From the NCBI GenBank assembly GCA_002269645.1, contig NIVC01000323.1:186001-250000 (forward strand): a DNA stretch of 64,000 nt. The letters are read 5' to 3'. The notes beneath the pieces were generated by a model. That model was given only the letters and a program-made list of their open reading frames with translations, made no database searches and was not told the DNA's origin. Shown in pieces: positions 59,991-64,000 of this stretch. The position numbers and the translations under genes are program-made. The stretch comes from Macrostomum lignano (lineage: Eukaryota). The stretch's first letter is position 1. Each line of letters begins with the position of its first letter.

Positions 59991-60436
59991 CTAAAGGATC
60001 ATAAATAAAATGATGCTAGAAATTTGCAGCCTATAAATTAAAGTACTTTCGCTGAAGCAGCAAGACTCAATTGTTTGCTTTCAAATTTGCACTCGAATTT
60101 TAAACCCATTTTTCATTACAATCCAGCCATGAGTCAAATTATCTGAACTTCAAATCTGAAGAACAAAGGCGATATGCACAGTGATTTTATCTTTTCAATT
60201 TTAAATAAAACTGCTAAAGCTTTGGAGCTTTGCGCCTGTCTGTTTGTCTGCCTTGTGTAAAAACAAATTAGGTAGAATACTGAGCTTTCATTTTGTCCTT
60301 TCCAATTGTTATCGTGCAACTAAAAAGGCAAAATATTTTTAAGATAACAGTCAAGAATTACAAATAAACAGTAAAGACTGAAATGCGAAATATATCAACG
60401 GTCAATTTGAAACAGGTAAATCTAGGGCGATTCTAT

Positions 60437-62855
60437 CTTGGCTGATTCTATCCTGGGTGATTCTGTCTTGGGTGATTCTATTTTGGGTGATTCTTTCTTG
60501 GGTGATTCTATCTTGGGTGATTCTTTCTTGGGTGATTCCATCTGTGGTGATTCTATCTGTGGTGATTCTATCTGTGGTGATTCTACTGGTATCTTAGATG
60601 ATTCTGTCTTGGGTGATTCTGTCTTGGGTGATTCTATCTTTGGTGATTCTGTCTTGAATGATTCTATTATGGGTGATTCTATCTTGGGTGATTCTATTTT
60701 GGGTGATTCTGTCTTGGGTGATTCTATTTTGGGTGATTCTATCTTGGGTGATTCTATCTTGGGTGATTCTATCTTGGGTGATTCTATCTTGGGTGATCCT
60801 ATCTTGGGTGATTCTATCTTGGGTGATTCTATCTTGGGTGATTCTATCTTGGGTGATCCTATCTTGGGTGATTCTATCTTGGGTGATTCTATCTTGGGTG
60901 ATTCTATTATGGGTGATTCTATCTTGGGTGATTCTATCTTGGATGATTCTATCTTGGGTGATTCTATCTTGGGTGATTCTATCTTGGGGGATTCTATCTT
61001 GGGTGATTCTATCTTGGGTGATTCTATCTTGGGTGATTCTATCTTGGGTGATTCTATCTTGGGTGATTCTATCTTGGGTGATTCTATTTTGGGTGATTCT
61101 TTCTTGGGTGATTCTATCTTGGGTGATTCTTTCTTGGGTGATTCTATCTGTGGTGATTCTATCTGTGGTGATTCTATCTGTGGTGATTCTACTGGTATCT
61201 TAGATGATTCTGTCTTGGGTGATCCTATCTTGGGTGATTCTATCTTTGGTGATTCTGTCTTGAATGATTCTATTATGGGTGATTCTATCTTGGGTGATTC
61301 TATCTTGGGTGATCCTATCTTGGGTGATTCTATCTTGGGTGATTCTATCTTGGGTGATTCTATTATGGGTGATTCTATCTTGGGTGATTCTATTTTGGGT
61401 GATTCTGTCTTGGGTGATTCTATTTTGGGTGATTCTATCTTGGGTGATTCTATCTTGGGTGATTCTATCTTGGGTGATTCTATCTTGGGTGATCCTATCT
61501 TGGGTGATTCTATCTTGGGTGATTCTATCTTGGGTGATTTTATCTTGGGTGATCCTATCTTGGGTGATTCTATCTTGGGTGATTCTATCTTGGGTGATTC
61601 TATTATGGGTGATTCTATCTTGGGTGATTCTATCTTGGATGATTCTATCTTGGGTGATTCTATCTTGGGTGATTCTATCTTGGGGGATTCTATCTTGGGT
61701 GATTCTATCTTGGGTGATTCTATCTTGGGTGGTTCTATCTTGGGTGATTCTATCTTGGGTGATTCTATTATGGGTGATTCTATTATGGGTGATTCTATCT
61801 TGGGTGATTCTATCTTGGGTGATTCTATCTTGGGTGATTCTATCTTGGGTGATTCTATCTTGGGTGATTCTATCTTGGGTGATTCTATCTTGGGTGATTC
61901 TATCTTGGGTGATTCTATCTTGGGTGATCCTATCTTGGGTGATTCTATCTTGGGTGATTCTATCTTGGGTGATTCTATTATGGGTGATTCTATCTTGGGT
62001 GATTCTATCTTGGATGATTCTATCTTGGGTGATTCTATTATGGGTGATTCTATTATGGGTGATTCTATCTTGGGTGATTCTATCTTGGGTGATTCTATCT
62101 TGGGTGATTCTATCTTGGGGGATTCTATCTTGGGTGATTCTATCTTGGGTGATTCTATCTTGGGTGATTCTATCTTGGGGGATTCTATCTTGGGTGATTC
62201 TATCTTGGGTGATTCTATCTTGGGTGATTCTATTTTGGGTGATTCTATCTTGAATGATTCTATTATGGGTGATTCTATCTTGGGGGATTCTATCTTGGGT
62301 GATTCTATCTTGGGTGATTCTATTTTGGGTGATTCTATCTTGAATGATTCTATTATGGGTGATTCTATCTTGGGTGATTCTATCTTGGGTGATTCTATCT
62401 TGGGTGATTCTATCTTGGGTGATTCTATCTTGAATGATTCTATTATGGGTGATTCTATCTTGGGGGATTCTATCTTGGGTGATTCTATCTTGGGTGATTC
62501 TATCTTGGGTGATTCTATTATGGGTGATTCTATCTTGGGTGATTCTATTATGGGTGATTCTATCTTGGGTGATTCTATCTTGGGTGATTCTATCTTGGGT
62601 GATTCTATCTTGGGTGATTCTATCTTGGGTGATTCTATCTTGAATGATTCTATTATGGGTGATTCTATCTTGGGTGATTCTATTATGGGTGATTCTATCT
62701 TGGGTGATTCTATCTTGGGTGATTCTATCTTGGATAATTCTATCTTGAGTATATCTACCTTGGGTGATTCTATTATGGGTGATTCTATCTTGGATGATTC
62801 TTTCTTGGGTGATTCTATCTCGGATAATTCTATCTTGAGTATATCTATCTTGGGT
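60437..62855. repeat. 15-bp satellite (ttgggtgattctatc) with a 606-bp higher-order duplication at its 5' end
   Basis: Unique variant actggtatc at 60585 and 61191. Confidence 0.95.
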
Positions 62856-64000
62856 AATCTGAATTGACTATCTATTCTGTACTTCTATTCACTCGAGCGG
62901 GTAAATTATATGAAATAGAAATTTTTCCTACCTAGAAGAAGCACCGCTCATGGAATATAATGGAGGCGGTAGTGGATATTAAAAAAAGATGGGAGATTTC
63001 TCTGTCCCACTGATGGACTTAAAATCGCTGGAGAGGCTTCGGAGAACCTTGAAAAAAGCCGTTGCGGTTGAGCGGATTCGTGGCGCTGAGGAAACTCCTG
63101 CAGACCCGGCCCGAGTGCGTGCGCCCTAATTATCGAGGCCAGAAGCTCCAGCTAAAAATTTTTGGAATTCCTTTGGGATTTTGAATAAAAAAATCAATGA
63201 GTACATTAAGAAGAGCCGTGAAAGCATTTAGATGTAACTGCGGTCACAATTAGGACGCTCCTTGGTTATTCACTAGCTAGATATAATGTCTACGCATACT
63301 TTTTTTCCTATTACGGAAGCGTCTTTTCGATACATATCGTACGGTAATAATTCTACTAAATTTCAAGTAAGTGATGAGGTAAATTTCAAACAATACTAAA
63401 AGTGTGTTACTGGGAATAAAACTTGACAGTTTCTGCCACCTTTTTGGGGTGTCTTTGTAACTCGGAAAAGATTATTAGTCTCAATCGGGACTCGAGCTTG
63501 CGACCTTTAGAACGATTCTATCGATTCACTTTAGTTTTGTTTATTTTTACTAAAAGAGATTTTACTTTAATATTTGTTTTCACTAAATGATATAAATTAG
63601 TATCAGATAACAATTTTACTAATGAAATTTGGCAACATGGCAGGTGGCCCTAGTATGTACTTTTATGTACAGAGTCTGCTTTTTCACAGAAACTGTATCA
63701 AAAGAAGATGTTGAAAGCTGATCAAGTCAGTTAGTCAGTTACAGTCCTTTGAGGCTTCATGCTGTAAAGCTAAGCAAGTTTTCTTGGCTGGGAGCGGCTG
63801 GCGACAACAGTCTACCCTGTATCTTTGTTATAATCTGCTTGGCTCTTTGCTCTCAGTCACACCGCCCCACCGGCCCTCTCAGTGTTTTGCGCGAAGCTCT
63901 GACAAGAGTCTTCATAATTCTAGTTAGCAGCTCCTTTTAAGGCAACTGCTGGGGTGCACCTGTTGTTGAGTTTGCGTTTCTGATTGTAGAATTATCATGT

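Noticed and set aside
60438-62867. 809-aa (GDSIL)n ORF and overlapping (VILSW)n ORFs
   Set aside because: A 15-bp unit lacking stops yields long ORFs in several frames. No splice context or non-repetitive domain.

Overview
Eukaryotic (metazoan) genomic DNA. GC-rich GT-AG exons are separated by introns packed with minisatellites. The style resembles the flatworm Macrostomum lignano (an impression, not verified). No prokaryotic features or CRISPR arrays. Hand-spliced, phase-consistent gene models: PIGW/GWT1 (minus, runs off the left edge); a head-to-head 501-aa signal peptide + Ig + ZPBP/Sp38-like + Cys-rich + TM protein (plus); UQCRC2 (minus); and Rab5 (plus). The 13.2-24.7 kb block between UQCRC2 and Rab5 is AT-rich and CpG-depleted. 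It holds transposon relics, a diverged foldback enclosing a 63-nt 28S rRNA fragment (R2/I-PpoI target site), a MITE with a 6-bp TSD, and a central CpG-retaining island. The most interesting signal lies at 30.8-48.2 kb: two divergent, same-strand cassettes that each encode a signal peptide plus the N-terminal part of an ANF-receptor (natriuretic peptide receptor/receptor guanylyl cyclase type) ectodomain. Each has its own CCAAT box and ends at an equivalent phase-1 splice donor. I found no TM, kinase-homology or cyclase exons between them or in the following 15.8 kb. They may be variable first exons spliced to a shared downstream constant region (protocadherin/UGT1A-like logic); this is an inference. 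The rest is satellite arrays, and all long low-complexity ORFs in the track are repeat artefacts.
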